Shown: in pieces, positions 47,601 to 55,767 of the stretch | Position numbering within the stretch: position 1 is the stretch's first letter | Layout: each line of letters begins with the position of its first letter | Source: Nitrososphaerota archaeon | Lineage (GTDB): Archaea; Thermoproteota; Nitrososphaeria_A; Caldarchaeales; Calditenuaceae | Assembly: GCA_033581555.1 (NCBI GenBank) | Contig: JAVQSZ010000001.1 | Span: 64,001 to 128,000 of the forward strand | Direction of reading: 5' to 3' | Length of the DNA stretch: 64,000 nucleotides | Program-made: the position numbers and the translations under genes | Notes under the pieces: generated by a model | Told to the model about the DNA's origin: nothing | What the model saw: the letters and a program-made list of their open reading frames with translations, nothing else | The model's database searches: none

Positions 47601-49088
47601 CTGCTCGAGGGCGTCAGGGGGTTCCTAACCGGTCTTAAGGACGCGATCACTGGGTTCCTCGACAACATCGTCAATCAGATACGGAACTTCGTGAACCTGA
47701 TCAAGCAGACCATCACCTCCCTCGTTAACCAGCTCGTCTCCGCGATCAGCGGTCTGATCTCCTCCGTGGTCGGGGCCCTCCTCGGACCGATAATGAACAT
47801 GGTGAGCCAGCTCTTCAGAGGGTTCGGGTTGCTCGGCGACATCCTCGCAGGCGTAATCAGGGACATGATAACGAACTTCGTGAACGAGTTGATCAGCGGG
47901 TTCGTCCAGGAGATCCTCAACGGTCTGATGCAACCAGTGAACCAGCTCATCAACGGGCTCGACCAGCTGGTGAACCGAATACTCGAACCCATCAACAGGA
48001 TCAAGGAGGCGTTAACGAGATGGCACGACCAGATCGTCTCGACCATCGACCGGTGGTTGGGCGACATCCTCAACCCATTGAACAACGTCCTCTCGGTCGC
48101 CAAATCGGACCTCGCCAACGGTCAGATCAGCGGCCTCGTGACCGCCGCGTTGAGGGAGTTCCTGAGCGGCATGACGCGCCCCGTGAGGGAATCGGTCGAG
48201 GAGGCCGTCAGGAAGCTCAACGAGGCCGAGAGGAAGATACTGGGCTCGCTGATCAGGATCAGGGACTCCATGATCCACCTGAACAACATGCTGAGAGTCC
48301 CTATCATAGGCAGGGGAGGAGTGCTTCAGGCAACCATCGCGGACCTCGGTGAGAGCGCCGCTTCAGACGACTACGGCCGGCTCGGTTCCATCACGATCGA
48401 CACGAGACCCCTGAAGCTGATGCCGGGGTGGTACCACCAGTACGAGATGGTCCTTCACCCCGTCGGCGGTGGCCCATCAGCACCAATTCCGGCCGACTTC
48501 ACCCTACTCTTTGGACCTCTGGAGGAGATCAGGGAGCTCTTCGATGCTCCTCCGCCGAGCGTCGTCCCGGTTAAGGTCAATGAGATCGGCCCGGCGCTGA
48601 GGGGTTGGAGCGTTGACGTCGTGATATTGGGCGACCCGAAGAGGCCGGTGGTCCCGGGAGCATCGGCTACCGCGAGGCTCTTCGTCGTTAAGTCCGACGG
48701 CACCGTTGAGGTGAAGGGACTCGGAGACCTCACCGGGACTCTCATCGCACCGTTCTGTCCGTTCCCGATCGAGAACAACCCACTTCTGGCACCGTTCTGC
48801 CCGTGGCCGATAGAGCAGGGCCCGATGATCGCTCCCTTCGTCCCGTTCCCGATAGAGCGGGAGACGCTGATCGCTCCCTTCGCGCCGTGGCCGATCGAGG
48901 GCGGCCCGTTGCTCTCGCCCTTCGCCCCGTGGCCGATCGAGTACTCGGTCGGAGTCCTGGAGACGCCCTATAACGACCCATCTGCCAGGGCCGTCCCCAG
49001 GATACTGGTACCAGCGGACACGATGACCGGCCCGGTGTTGATCTCGCCCTTCGTCCCGTTCCCGATCGAGCAGACCGCACGGGGGTGA
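44616..49088 (+). CDS. 1490-aa secreted/membrane protein with an internal TM pair, a long amphipathic helical region and C-terminal PFxP[FW]PIE repeats
   Basis: Sec signal (..VSA|E), Pro/Thr linker, TM segments; overlaps the upstream pilin stop and ends 4 bp before the next pilin gene. Confidence 0.85.
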   Translation: MNSLRLGPALTLLVLLLVPSVSAENSPLPPGEPEDLAIAVAPSGHLMVSYIVAYPMSSLAAAADAIRDTTEGSAVLLLNVRRMASNGTAFLEVAGQPSEARVNSIVRAFASATGLRFETSGSTGQFIATVTWGDVVRTVEALKPATVGGFSPNLRREFLERFEEVTVVVSVSKMRWGVTTSLEVRLLRQLQFPSGAREHVIDVLRELGVSDLRPARGAMLNVILMPPFGAQKFNYEVTPRSISLRPIAEGVDAHFAMLNGSSVITSLRFGFTYAFGSGALRDLPTDFLTFVERIERAAALVNRTSTPLPAPTTPPGQRPVPSDEGTEEAPETETPDAGTVERAPAGGPMEALRRVLPPIEGAGRTIQIDPLHLLVIVVSAASFLAFASLYVRGRGPSKKGAASLVVVLLITLSLVLPIMAISAVRAERASGGLESILEVEQFHPGGAPSDLEIPLLFPGFKRIDKVSKTFISFEEINVVATPGLHSPYVPQGFEKLLATLGMDLRLIQMAGLIFGGGLNPLGMFKGMTVAHGATSVFLVNEDVGANVFVTFKAKPSGTLKSLLNVINTVYRIGYALYHSTICFPGDGCLHPIGWGMMVASSLAAVALALIAPGFMVYALASYPVVVNNELYATFSFKDGKFAEDEERLWLAEERYMVSLAILIMILRAPTLSGWRGAEGLTDIPLTASFHVTSDADSGWRLTDFLGIYSGDRGLKVTVDFKDALGIFGLFESLFGLFQGAWSSLASHVAGSLSEQESVLRQIAFELRSLVRVNALLDSPVSKLDRAVTLLADARLKLGARNCQGAQQNVDGARASIRSAIQDLQPLVSDSGLGHLIRHYINELEKVEASLSEYTEQLDGLCAPYNFSAEPPTDPESIPDERKLTLTFIVLSATPMVTEAVHYKTSSTLSLRAYWGWNPLPGIAYGLERTVREIFRVARLTAYNALDRLDEAVDFIASEVAGELTRPLNALVGGLIGGPLGDLSGALSQILGPIRSLLEGVRGFLTGLKDAITGFLDNIVNQIRNFVNLIKQTITSLVNQLVSAISGLISSVVGALLGPIMNMVSQLFRGFGLLGDILAGVIRDMITNFVNELISGFVQEILNGLMQPVNQLINGLDQLVNRILEPINRIKEALTRWHDQIVSTIDRWLGDILNPLNNVLSVAKSDLANGQISGLVTAALREFLSGMTRPVRESVEEAVRKLNEAERKILGSLIRIRDSMIHLNNMLRVPIIGRGGVLQATIADLGESAASDDYGRLGSITIDTRPLKLMPGWYHQYEMVLHPVGGGPSAPIPADFTLLFGPLEEIRELFDAPPPSVVPVKVNEIGPALRGWSVDVVILGDPKRPVVPGASATARLFVVKSDGTVEVKGLGDLTGTLIAPFCPFPIENNPLLAPFCPWPIEQGPMIAPFVPFPIERETLIAPFAPWPIEGGPLLSPFAPWPIEYSVGVLETPYNDPSARAVPRILVPADTMTGPVLISPFVPFPIEQTARG
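48741..49070 (+). repeat. 5 tandem 42-bp (14-aa) repeats plus 1 spaced copy of [LM][IL][AS]PF[CVA]P[FW]PIE
   Basis: Read directly: LIAPFCPFPIENNP, LLAPFCPWPIEQGP, MIAPFVPFPIERET, LIAPFAPWPIEGGP, LLSPFAPWPIEYSV ... LISPFVPFPIE. Confidence 0.95.
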
Positions 49089-49092
49089 AGGC

Positions 49093-49896
49093 TTGAGGTC
49101 TAGGGCAGGGCTCAGCACCGCGGTTCAGACGGCGGCGCTCATCGCGATCACCGCTGGCCTTGCCGTCGCTGTGGTGGCGCTCTGGAGACCTTGGGAGGCA
49201 TCGGGTCAGGCCCAGTCGGCCGCGGTCGCCGTCAGGGTACAACAGATCCACGACCTCCTACTCAGGAGGGAGGGGGCCGTGGTCCTCGCCCATCCCGTGA
49301 TCGTGCGGCCCTTCGCGGAGGCCCACGTGATCGAGGTCGAGTGGAAAGGGAGGAGCGTGATGATACCCGCGGTGGTCAGTGCGATTGAGTACGTGGCTCC
49401 GAAGCAGAGGATCCCCGGAATATACTACCTTGAGCGCGGAATGGTGGACGTCCTGGGCGATTACATCGCGGGTAAAAGGTTGAACTACACGACTACGGGG
49501 ATAGACGTGGTGACATACGCGGTCTACGAGGAGAATGAGGTCAGGATCGTGACCAAAACGCTCCCCTACATCTCGTACTCAATAGATAGGGTGTACAACG
49601 ACGTCGTGGTGACCGTGATGGTCAGGGTGGTCTTCGTTACCCCGTCCCACGCCGACCCCGAGACCTATGGGAGGGTACTGCAAAACGGATACGTCGCGGC
49701 GCCGGGAGACACGCTGACCTTCAGGCTCAACGCCACCCGGAGGACGTTCTACCAGCTCCCCGAGTCGGTGGACGGCGGATCCCTCAGGGTGCTCGTCGAC
49801 GGCGTCGAGGTCCCCCAGTTCAGGTTCTCTACGAGCGAGAGGGCCATCTTCAGGGTCTTCGTCGACTACGTGACCGTCATGGTCTGGGCGAGGTGA
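49093..49896 (+). CDS. Pilin-like protein
   Basis: RSRAG|LSTAVQTAALIAITAGLAVAVV class III signal, the same RSRAGLS as the 30439 pilin. Confidence 0.8.
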   Translation: MRSRAGLSTAVQTAALIAITAGLAVAVVALWRPWEASGQAQSAAVAVRVQQIHDLLLRREGAVVLAHPVIVRPFAEAHVIEVEWKGRSVMIPAVVSAIEYVAPKQRIPGIYYLERGMVDVLGDYIAGKRLNYTTTGIDVVTYAVYEENEVRIVTKTLPYISYSIDRVYNDVVVTVMVRVVFVTPSHADPETYGRVLQNGYVAAPGDTLTFRLNATRRTFYQLPESVDGGSLRVLVDGVEVPQFRFSTSERAIFRVFVDYVTVMVWAR

Positions 49897-49901
49897 GCTG
49901 A

Positions 49902-50375
49902 GTGACCACCTCGTACACCTACATCGTGACGATCGGCGTGATCATGCTGGTGACGTTCACGACCGCGGCCCTCTTCCTCCAACAGGTGAACTCAGTGGAC
50001 TACGCGGCCAAGAGGTCCGCCCTCTCGGTGGCCGCGTCCCACGTGCTCTCCGGGATCTGGAGCGCGGTCGAGGAGGTGAAGCTGACCCAATCGGGAAGGG
50101 AGTTCAAGTCCGTCTCGGTCGGTTTCCCCTTCAGGGCTGAGATAGGGTCCAGTCCTAGGACCGGAGATCTGGTGGTGTGCGTGACCGCTATGGGGATAAC
50201 CTATGAGAGGCCCTTACCCGTGATACAGGGAGTCCAATACGTCCCCTCGGCCTCCGGAGGGGACCGGGTCGGAGTGCTGGTCGAGATGTCGGGAGGGAGG
50301 GCCTCGGTCAGGCTGGTCAACGTCGGTAATGACGGAAACCTGATCTCTGACAACCCCGGCCTCTGCCTGAGATGA
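49902..50375 (+). CDS. Pilin-like protein
   Basis: N-terminal hydrophobic helix YIVTIGVIMLVTFTTAALF followed by an amphipathic helix and beta strands; lies in the pilus operon. Confidence 0.65.
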   Translation: MTTSYTYIVTIGVIMLVTFTTAALFLQQVNSVDYAAKRSALSVAASHVLSGIWSAVEEVKLTQSGREFKSVSVGFPFRAEIGSSPRTGDLVVCVTAMGITYERPLPVIQGVQYVPSASGGDRVGVLVEMSGGRASVRLVNVGNDGNLISDNPGLCLR

Positions 50376-51850
50376 GCCTCAAGGGCCTCGCAGTGGTCGC
50401 GCTCCTGACGGCCGTCCTCCTCCTCCAGTCAGCCGGTGCAGCGGAGACTGCGGTCCGCGAGGCCCCGACCGTCGTCAAGGCTAGGTTGGCAGTTGACGCA
50501 TCGTGCTCCGGTGTTATGACCTACGTGGTAGACGCGGAGGAGGCCAAGAGGGCTGGGCTCTGGAGGCTCTGGCTCCTCCTGCCCAAGGAGCCACTGAGGT
50601 GGAGCGTGGAGCCGCACGCGGTCCACGAGGTCTCCGATCTACCGGAGGGATCAGAGGGCAGAAGGGTCTACAGCAACGTGACCTTCGACCTCAGCTCAAT
50701 CGAGGGCCTCCTGACGGTCTCCTTCAGGATGGACCACGCGTGCCTCGTGAACGGGGACCGGGGCCTATTACTGACGCCGCTGGTCTCTTACGGACCGCCG
50801 ATCAGGGGCGAGCTAGAGATCACCTTAGAGGGCCTCGTGGAGGGGGTTAGGTCCGTCGAGCCGTGGTCGCCTCACGTAGAGGTCCACAACCGGTCGCTCT
50901 CCGTTCGCCGCGAGCTTCCCCTCACCGTCAACAGGGTCGCGATCGACTTCAGGCCCGTGGAAGAGCCCTTCTACCTCGTCTCTTCAAGGGGGTTCAGCGT
51001 CAAGACCCATCAACGCTACGCGCAGGTCGCCGCAGCGGTCATCGACGCCCTAGCGAACGCCAGCGACTACCTGAAGGCCGTCTTCGGCGAAGACGTCCCG
51101 GATGTGACGGTGGAGTTCTTCCTGCCCCGAGACTACCGGTCCGGCCCCGAGGGCTTCGCCCCCGTCCCGTCGGGCGGCTCGAGGGTTATCGGGCTCAACT
51201 TGATCCTCCTCAGGAGGCCGCAGGGGTACTTGGAGGTGATCGCGGTCCACGAGCTAGTCCACCATTACCTCTTCGAGGTCGGCGTAGGTGCGGGCGCGAC
51301 TTGGTTCCACGAAGGCCTCGCGGTCTACTTCTCCCTCGAGCTGGGGGAGCGGCTGAGGCTGGAGGGCGCGCGGGTGATGAGGGAGCTGATCATGCAAGAG
51401 GCGTCCCGTTCGAGGCAGATCAGGCTGAGCGAGTGGAAGCCCGGTGAGTCCAGAGACAGCGACTGGTACGCGACCGCCTTCGCTCTGATCGAGGGGCTCT
51501 TCAGGCTCGACCCCGCAGGCATGTCTAAGGCCCTCCTCAGCCTGAGAGACGAGAGGAGATGGATATCATCGGGAGAGGCTGCGGCCGAGTACCTCGCGAA
51601 GCACCTCAACGAAGAGGCGTTAGGGCTGCTTAGGGAGGCCGGACTTCTCCCAAAGGTGAGTAGGCACTCAGACGACGGATCGACGGCTTCGGCCACGACG
51701 GTCACTGAGACGCGCGGAGATGCTACAACCGACTCCGACAATCACGACCGAAGCGGGACGATTGCGATTGACGAGGAGCTCCTTCTAATAAGCCTGGCGA
51801 CCGCCGCTATCGTGGTCTCGCTCCTCGCGATCAGGGACGCAAAGTCCTAA
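50372..51850 (+). CDS. Surface-anchored gluzincin-type zinc metallopeptidase
   Basis: Signal peptide, HELVH...WFHEGLA, Thr-rich linker, C-terminal TM. Confidence 0.88.
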   Translation: MSLKGLAVVALLTAVLLLQSAGAAETAVREAPTVVKARLAVDASCSGVMTYVVDAEEAKRAGLWRLWLLLPKEPLRWSVEPHAVHEVSDLPEGSEGRRVYSNVTFDLSSIEGLLTVSFRMDHACLVNGDRGLLLTPLVSYGPPIRGELEITLEGLVEGVRSVEPWSPHVEVHNRSLSVRRELPLTVNRVAIDFRPVEEPFYLVSSRGFSVKTHQRYAQVAAAVIDALANASDYLKAVFGEDVPDVTVEFFLPRDYRSGPEGFAPVPSGGSRVIGLNLILLRRPQGYLEVIAVHELVHHYLFEVGVGAGATWFHEGLAVYFSLELGERLRLEGARVMRELIMQEASRSRQIRLSEWKPGESRDSDWYATAFALIEGLFRLDPAGMSKALLSLRDERRWISSGEAAAEYLAKHLNEEALGLLREAGLLPKVSRHSDDGSTASATTVTETRGDATTDSDNHDRSGTIAIDEELLLISLATAAIVVSLLAIRDAKS

Positions 51851-51875
51851 AACAACCGGTTTGACCAGCGTCGGT

Positions 51876-52700
51876 TCAGCTCGACGAACTCTCCACTTGA
51901 TACCCTAGCTCGAGCAGCCTGTTCACGTACTCGTTCTTGAGCTTGTTGTAGACCTGCTCGTTGATCTTCCCGGTCCTGTAGTTCTCCTCGAGGACCCTGA
52001 GGAAGTTCAGGTACCTGACCACCTCAGCCGGGAGCTGTTGGGGTTGTCCGGTCGGGGGCTCGCCGGCAGGCACGATCATCGGCCTGACCTCGACGGCGGG
52101 TTCGCGCCGCTCAGCGAGATCGGGGGCCTCAGCCTCCCTCCGGGTCGCCTCTTCCGTGACACGCTGAACGCCGATCTCCCATGACGACCGAATGCGGGAC
52201 ACGAGAACGTTCAGTCCCATCTTAGGCTTTGTCAGCAGCAAGTAAACGACGTAGAGCGAGATTGCCCCGCTCCACGCAAGCAGACCCAAGAGGGCCGCCG
52301 TCGCGGCACCCAGGGCAATCAACCCGAACGGGTGCGGGACGACTCCATAGACTACCGAGGGGACTGCAGCGATCACGGCCAGCCTGATCAAGTTGTCCCT
52401 CTTCAGAGGTATGTTCACGAGCCCCCTAGTGGCGAGGAAGAGGGCCACTGCCAGGACGATTACCAACCCGGCAACCCCGGACGCTAACTGAGCGACCGCG
52501 ACGAGGAAGAGAGAGAAGACGAGATAGATGATGAGGACGTCCACTCCCTTAACCATCGAGACGAAAGCCGCCAAAACCCCGATGATGATCAGCGTGAGGA
52601 TCAGACTCAGGACGCCGCCCGTGGCATAAGCGGCTGAGGTCAACAGGGCTATGAACGTCGCAACGAAAATGTCCCGCCTCAGGAATTGCTTGAGTTTCAA
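51876..52700 (-). CDS. Multi-TM membrane protein with a C-terminal SHOCT/CdvA-like motif
   Basis: About 6 TMs, then LEENYRTGKINEQVYNKLKNEY. Confidence 0.75.
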   Translation of the reverse strand: MKLKQFLRRDIFVATFIALLTSAAYATGGVLSLILTLIIIGVLAAFVSMVKGVDVLIIYLVFSLFLVAVAQLASGVAGLVIVLAVALFLATRGLVNIPLKRDNLIRLAVIAAVPSVVYGVVPHPFGLIALGAATAALLGLLAWSGAISLYVVYLLLTKPKMGLNVLVSRIRSSWEIGVQRVTEEATRREAEAPDLAERREPAVEVRPMIVPAGEPPTGQPQQLPAEVVRYLNFLRVLEENYRTGKINEQVYNKLKNEYVNRLLELGYQVESSSS

Positions 52701-52794
52701 AGGTGTTCACAGCGTCGAGCGCGGGGGACCTAATTAAACATTAGGAGAAAACCGGCTAGCAAACTAATAATATGAAGGTTAGGGATATCCAGAT

Positions 52795-55026
52795 GTGAAG
52801 GTGAGGACTTTCTCCCCAATATTCGTGATCGCTTTGGTGGTCTCCAGCTTCGCGGTGATTTGGACGCCGGTGGGGGCTGAACCGTCAAAGGCGCCCATAG
52901 ACCTGCCGATCAAAGCACCGCTGGAGGTCAACGTGATACTCGCGGGGTTCTCAAGTCGGGACCTCGGGGTGACGCCCGCGGAGTTAGAGGGACTACTCTC
53001 GCGCCTCGTCAGGAGCGAGGCCGTCGCCTACGCGGGCTTCTTCATGGAGGATCCCTATGTGGTCGCGCTCTTCGACGTCGAGCTGACGGTGATCGAGGCC
53101 GACGCCAGGCTGAACTCGGAGATACGGGCGCTGTTCGGACGTGTCTCCTATGACCCCGCTGCCTTGCCGATCGACGTGAGGAACAGCTTCGTGAGGTACG
53201 TGTCGTTCGTTAGGGAGTACTATGGAACTACGTTCGCGATCCGGTTGAACGACAGGATGACGGACATCGCAGCGCTCACCCTCGGATTAGTCTCGCTCAC
53301 GAACAGGTTCCTCCCACAGATCACCGACGGATACAACATTTACCTGATTTGCGGACTGCCCTTCACTGGCAATAAGTTTCCCGTATACTTCTCCGCCGGG
53401 CAGACTGTCGAGCGCGGAAACGGCATAGGAGCGGTGGGTATGAACCTGTACGGCGGGATAGGGACATACAGGTACGTCGTCCTCGACATTTGCGCAATCC
53501 CAAACCCATTCGGCAACTTCGCGCCGAAGACGGAAGAGGACGTCGAGAAGTATTTGCCGCCAGCGCTCTACAGGGGCCCGCGAGACCAGATCCAAGCGAT
53601 CGCCATGTACGTCGACGAGATAATAGACAACCTATTCGTTAAGAGTCTCATCTATGTCCCGAGGTATCAGGTGACCTTTCTCTTCGACGTAGTGGTGATA
53701 GACATGACCACGACCGGAGGAGGACTGCAGTTCATAGTCTCAAACTTCATACCTGAGATATTCGAGTCGGCGATGAAGTGGCTGATGCCGTACAACTTCT
53801 ACACGAGCAGGTTTCACTACAGGACTATTGCGGAGGCCGCGGTGATGAGGCAAGCCATCTCCGTCCATAGGGGCATTCAGATAATCGACGTCGAGAGGGC
53901 CTTCACGCTTGCCGAGAGGACGGGGCTGATCCCCCCGGCACCGTCTGGAGTAACGAGGATACCGGTGTTGATCTTCCTCTCCGACGCCGACATCTACCCG
54001 AGCTCGCCTGGAACGATAGGGATAGCGTGGCCCGACCTTAGCGACCCGAGGTACCCGAGGGGTGCAGTCGTGGGGTTGAATTACAGGTTCGTCGAGAGGG
54101 AAGGGCTGACCTTGGTCACGATTCACGAGGCCGCCCACACCCTCGGGCTGGCCCATCCACACGACGACCTCGACGAGACTGATCAAGAGGTCATTCGACC
54201 GGGCAAGTCGAAGCCGCAGGTCAAGACGAGATGGGTCTTCAGCTGGGCAGAGACCGCGATGTCCTACGCAGACGTCCCCCAGGTCGTCAATCAGAGGGTG
54301 ATCTACCCGGGAGCGTATCCGTTGAGGACCTACTTCAGCGCCTTCGACCTCGACGCGATCGACAGGGCGGTCGTGACGCTGCTGCTCGGGTACTACCTGA
54401 ACTACAGGGAGGAAGTCATGAAGAAGCTGAAGGAGTCGGGTCTCCGACTGGAGGACATACCTGAGGCCGAGAAGCTCCTGAGGGAGGCCGACAAAGCGGC
54501 TGTTAACGCGGTCAGCCTGTTCAGGGACCACAACTACTTCGACAGGTTTGGGTTCGCGGGACTCGGAGCCCAACTTGAAACGGCCTTCGACTACGCGTGG
54601 AAGGCCTTGACCGACGTCATCGAGCTCTACGACAATGTGGAGGGCGCGAGGCAAGCGATCGAGTCTACTCGGCCGTTGATTAGGAAGCTCGAGAGCGAAA
54701 TCAGTGATCTGAGGTCGACGGTCGAGAGTCTGAAGGGGAGGCTCGATGCTGCCACCGCCCGTGCCGAACAGTTGCAGAGGTCCCTGAGCCAAGAGGCGCA
54801 GGAGAGGCAGAGGATCCAACAGGAGCTGGAATTAACGAAGAGCGACCTCACCAGGGCGAGGACGGAGCTTGAGCTGACCAAGAACAACCTCTCAGCCGCG
54901 AGGTCCGAGGTCAATACCTACCTCATGCTCGCAGCAGCGGGAATGGTGGCGGCAGCCGGATCGGCCGCTTTCGCGATAGCGAGCAGGCGCGGATCAAGGC
55001 CACGCGTCCTAACCTCGTCCACCTAG
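52795..55026 (+). CDS. Surface-anchored metzincin-type metalloprotease with a coiled-coil stalk
   Basis: Signal peptide, HEAAHTLGLAHPHD, TAMSY Met-turn, heptad stalk, C-terminal TM. Confidence 0.88.
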   Translation: MKVRTFSPIFVIALVVSSFAVIWTPVGAEPSKAPIDLPIKAPLEVNVILAGFSSRDLGVTPAELEGLLSRLVRSEAVAYAGFFMEDPYVVALFDVELTVIEADARLNSEIRALFGRVSYDPAALPIDVRNSFVRYVSFVREYYGTTFAIRLNDRMTDIAALTLGLVSLTNRFLPQITDGYNIYLICGLPFTGNKFPVYFSAGQTVERGNGIGAVGMNLYGGIGTYRYVVLDICAIPNPFGNFAPKTEEDVEKYLPPALYRGPRDQIQAIAMYVDEIIDNLFVKSLIYVPRYQVTFLFDVVVIDMTTTGGGLQFIVSNFIPEIFESAMKWLMPYNFYTSRFHYRTIAEAAVMRQAISVHRGIQIIDVERAFTLAERTGLIPPAPSGVTRIPVLIFLSDADIYPSSPGTIGIAWPDLSDPRYPRGAVVGLNYRFVEREGLTLVTIHEAAHTLGLAHPHDDLDETDQEVIRPGKSKPQVKTRWVFSWAETAMSYADVPQVVNQRVIYPGAYPLRTYFSAFDLDAIDRAVVTLLLGYYLNYREEVMKKLKESGLRLEDIPEAEKLLREADKAAVNAVSLFRDHNYFDRFGFAGLGAQLETAFDYAWKALTDVIELYDNVEGARQAIESTRPLIRKLESEISDLRSTVESLKGRLDAATARAEQLQRSLSQEAQERQRIQQELELTKSDLTRARTELELTKNNLSAARSEVNTYLMLAAAGMVAAAGSAAFAIASRRGSRPRVLTSST

Positions 55027-55074
55027 GGATCCTCATGAGAGGATGATTCTACAGGGCGCTCCGTGAGGACCGGG

Positions 55075-55767
55075 ATGGAAGCAGACGACCTCATCTCGAG
55101 GATAGTCGCCTGCAGAAGGTGTCCCAGGCTCGTCCTCTACCGGGAAGAGGTCGCCAAGAACCCGCCCAAACGGTTCAGGGGCTGGACCTACTGGGCAAGG
55201 CCTCTTCCGGGGTTCGGAGACCTCACTGGACGAATCCTGGTGGTCGGGCTCGCACCTGCGGCCCACGGCGGCAACCGGACCGGCAGGATGTTCACCGGCG
55301 ACTCCTCCGCGAACTTCCTGATGTCGGTGCTTCACGAGCTCAAACTAGCCAACAAGCCGACCTCTGAGTCCGCGGACGACGGCCTCGAGCTCCGGGGAGT
55401 CTTCCTGACCGCTCCTGTGCGCTGCGCGCCACCGGAGAACAGGCCGACTAGGGAGGAGGTGGAGAACTGCTACCCGTTTCTGCTCGAAGAGGTGAGGCTG
55501 TTGACCCAGCTGAGGGTCGTCGTGGCCTTAGGCGCGATAGGGTTCCGAGCTTCGGTGAGGCTGCTGAGAGACCTCGGCTTCAGGTCCGACGTCCAGTCGA
55601 AGTTCGGGCACGGCGCGACCTACGCCTTCAGGTCCGAAGACGGACGGGAGGTCTTCCTCCTCGGGTCCTATCACCCTTCGAGGCAGAACACGCAGACGGG
55701 AAGGCTGACCAGGCAGATGCTCCTGAAGGTCTTCAGGAGGGCGAAGGAGCTCGCTGGCTACTCGTAG
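55075..55767 (+). CDS. Uracil-DNA glycosylase family 5 (UdgB-like)
   Basis: CRRCPRL, GLAPAAHGGNRTGRMFTGD, CAPPENRP, YHPSRQN. Confidence 0.93.
   Translation: MEADDLISRIVACRRCPRLVLYREEVAKNPPKRFRGWTYWARPLPGFGDLTGRILVVGLAPAAHGGNRTGRMFTGDSSANFLMSVLHELKLANKPTSESADDGLELRGVFLTAPVRCAPPENRPTREEVENCYPFLLEEVRLLTQLRVVVALGAIGFRASVRLLRDLGFRSDVQSKFGHGATYAFRSEDGREVFLLGSYHPSRQNTQTGRLTRQMLLKVFRRAKELAGYS

Noticed and set aside
48741-48950. 42-bp periodic repeat as CRISPR
   Set aside because: In-frame, synonymously diverged protein repeat with variable parts far too short to be spacers
28811-55026. Locus as a provirus or integrative conjugative element
   Set aside because: No integrase, relaxase, VirB4, capsid gene, flanking tRNA or att repeats seen; most genes have near-host composition
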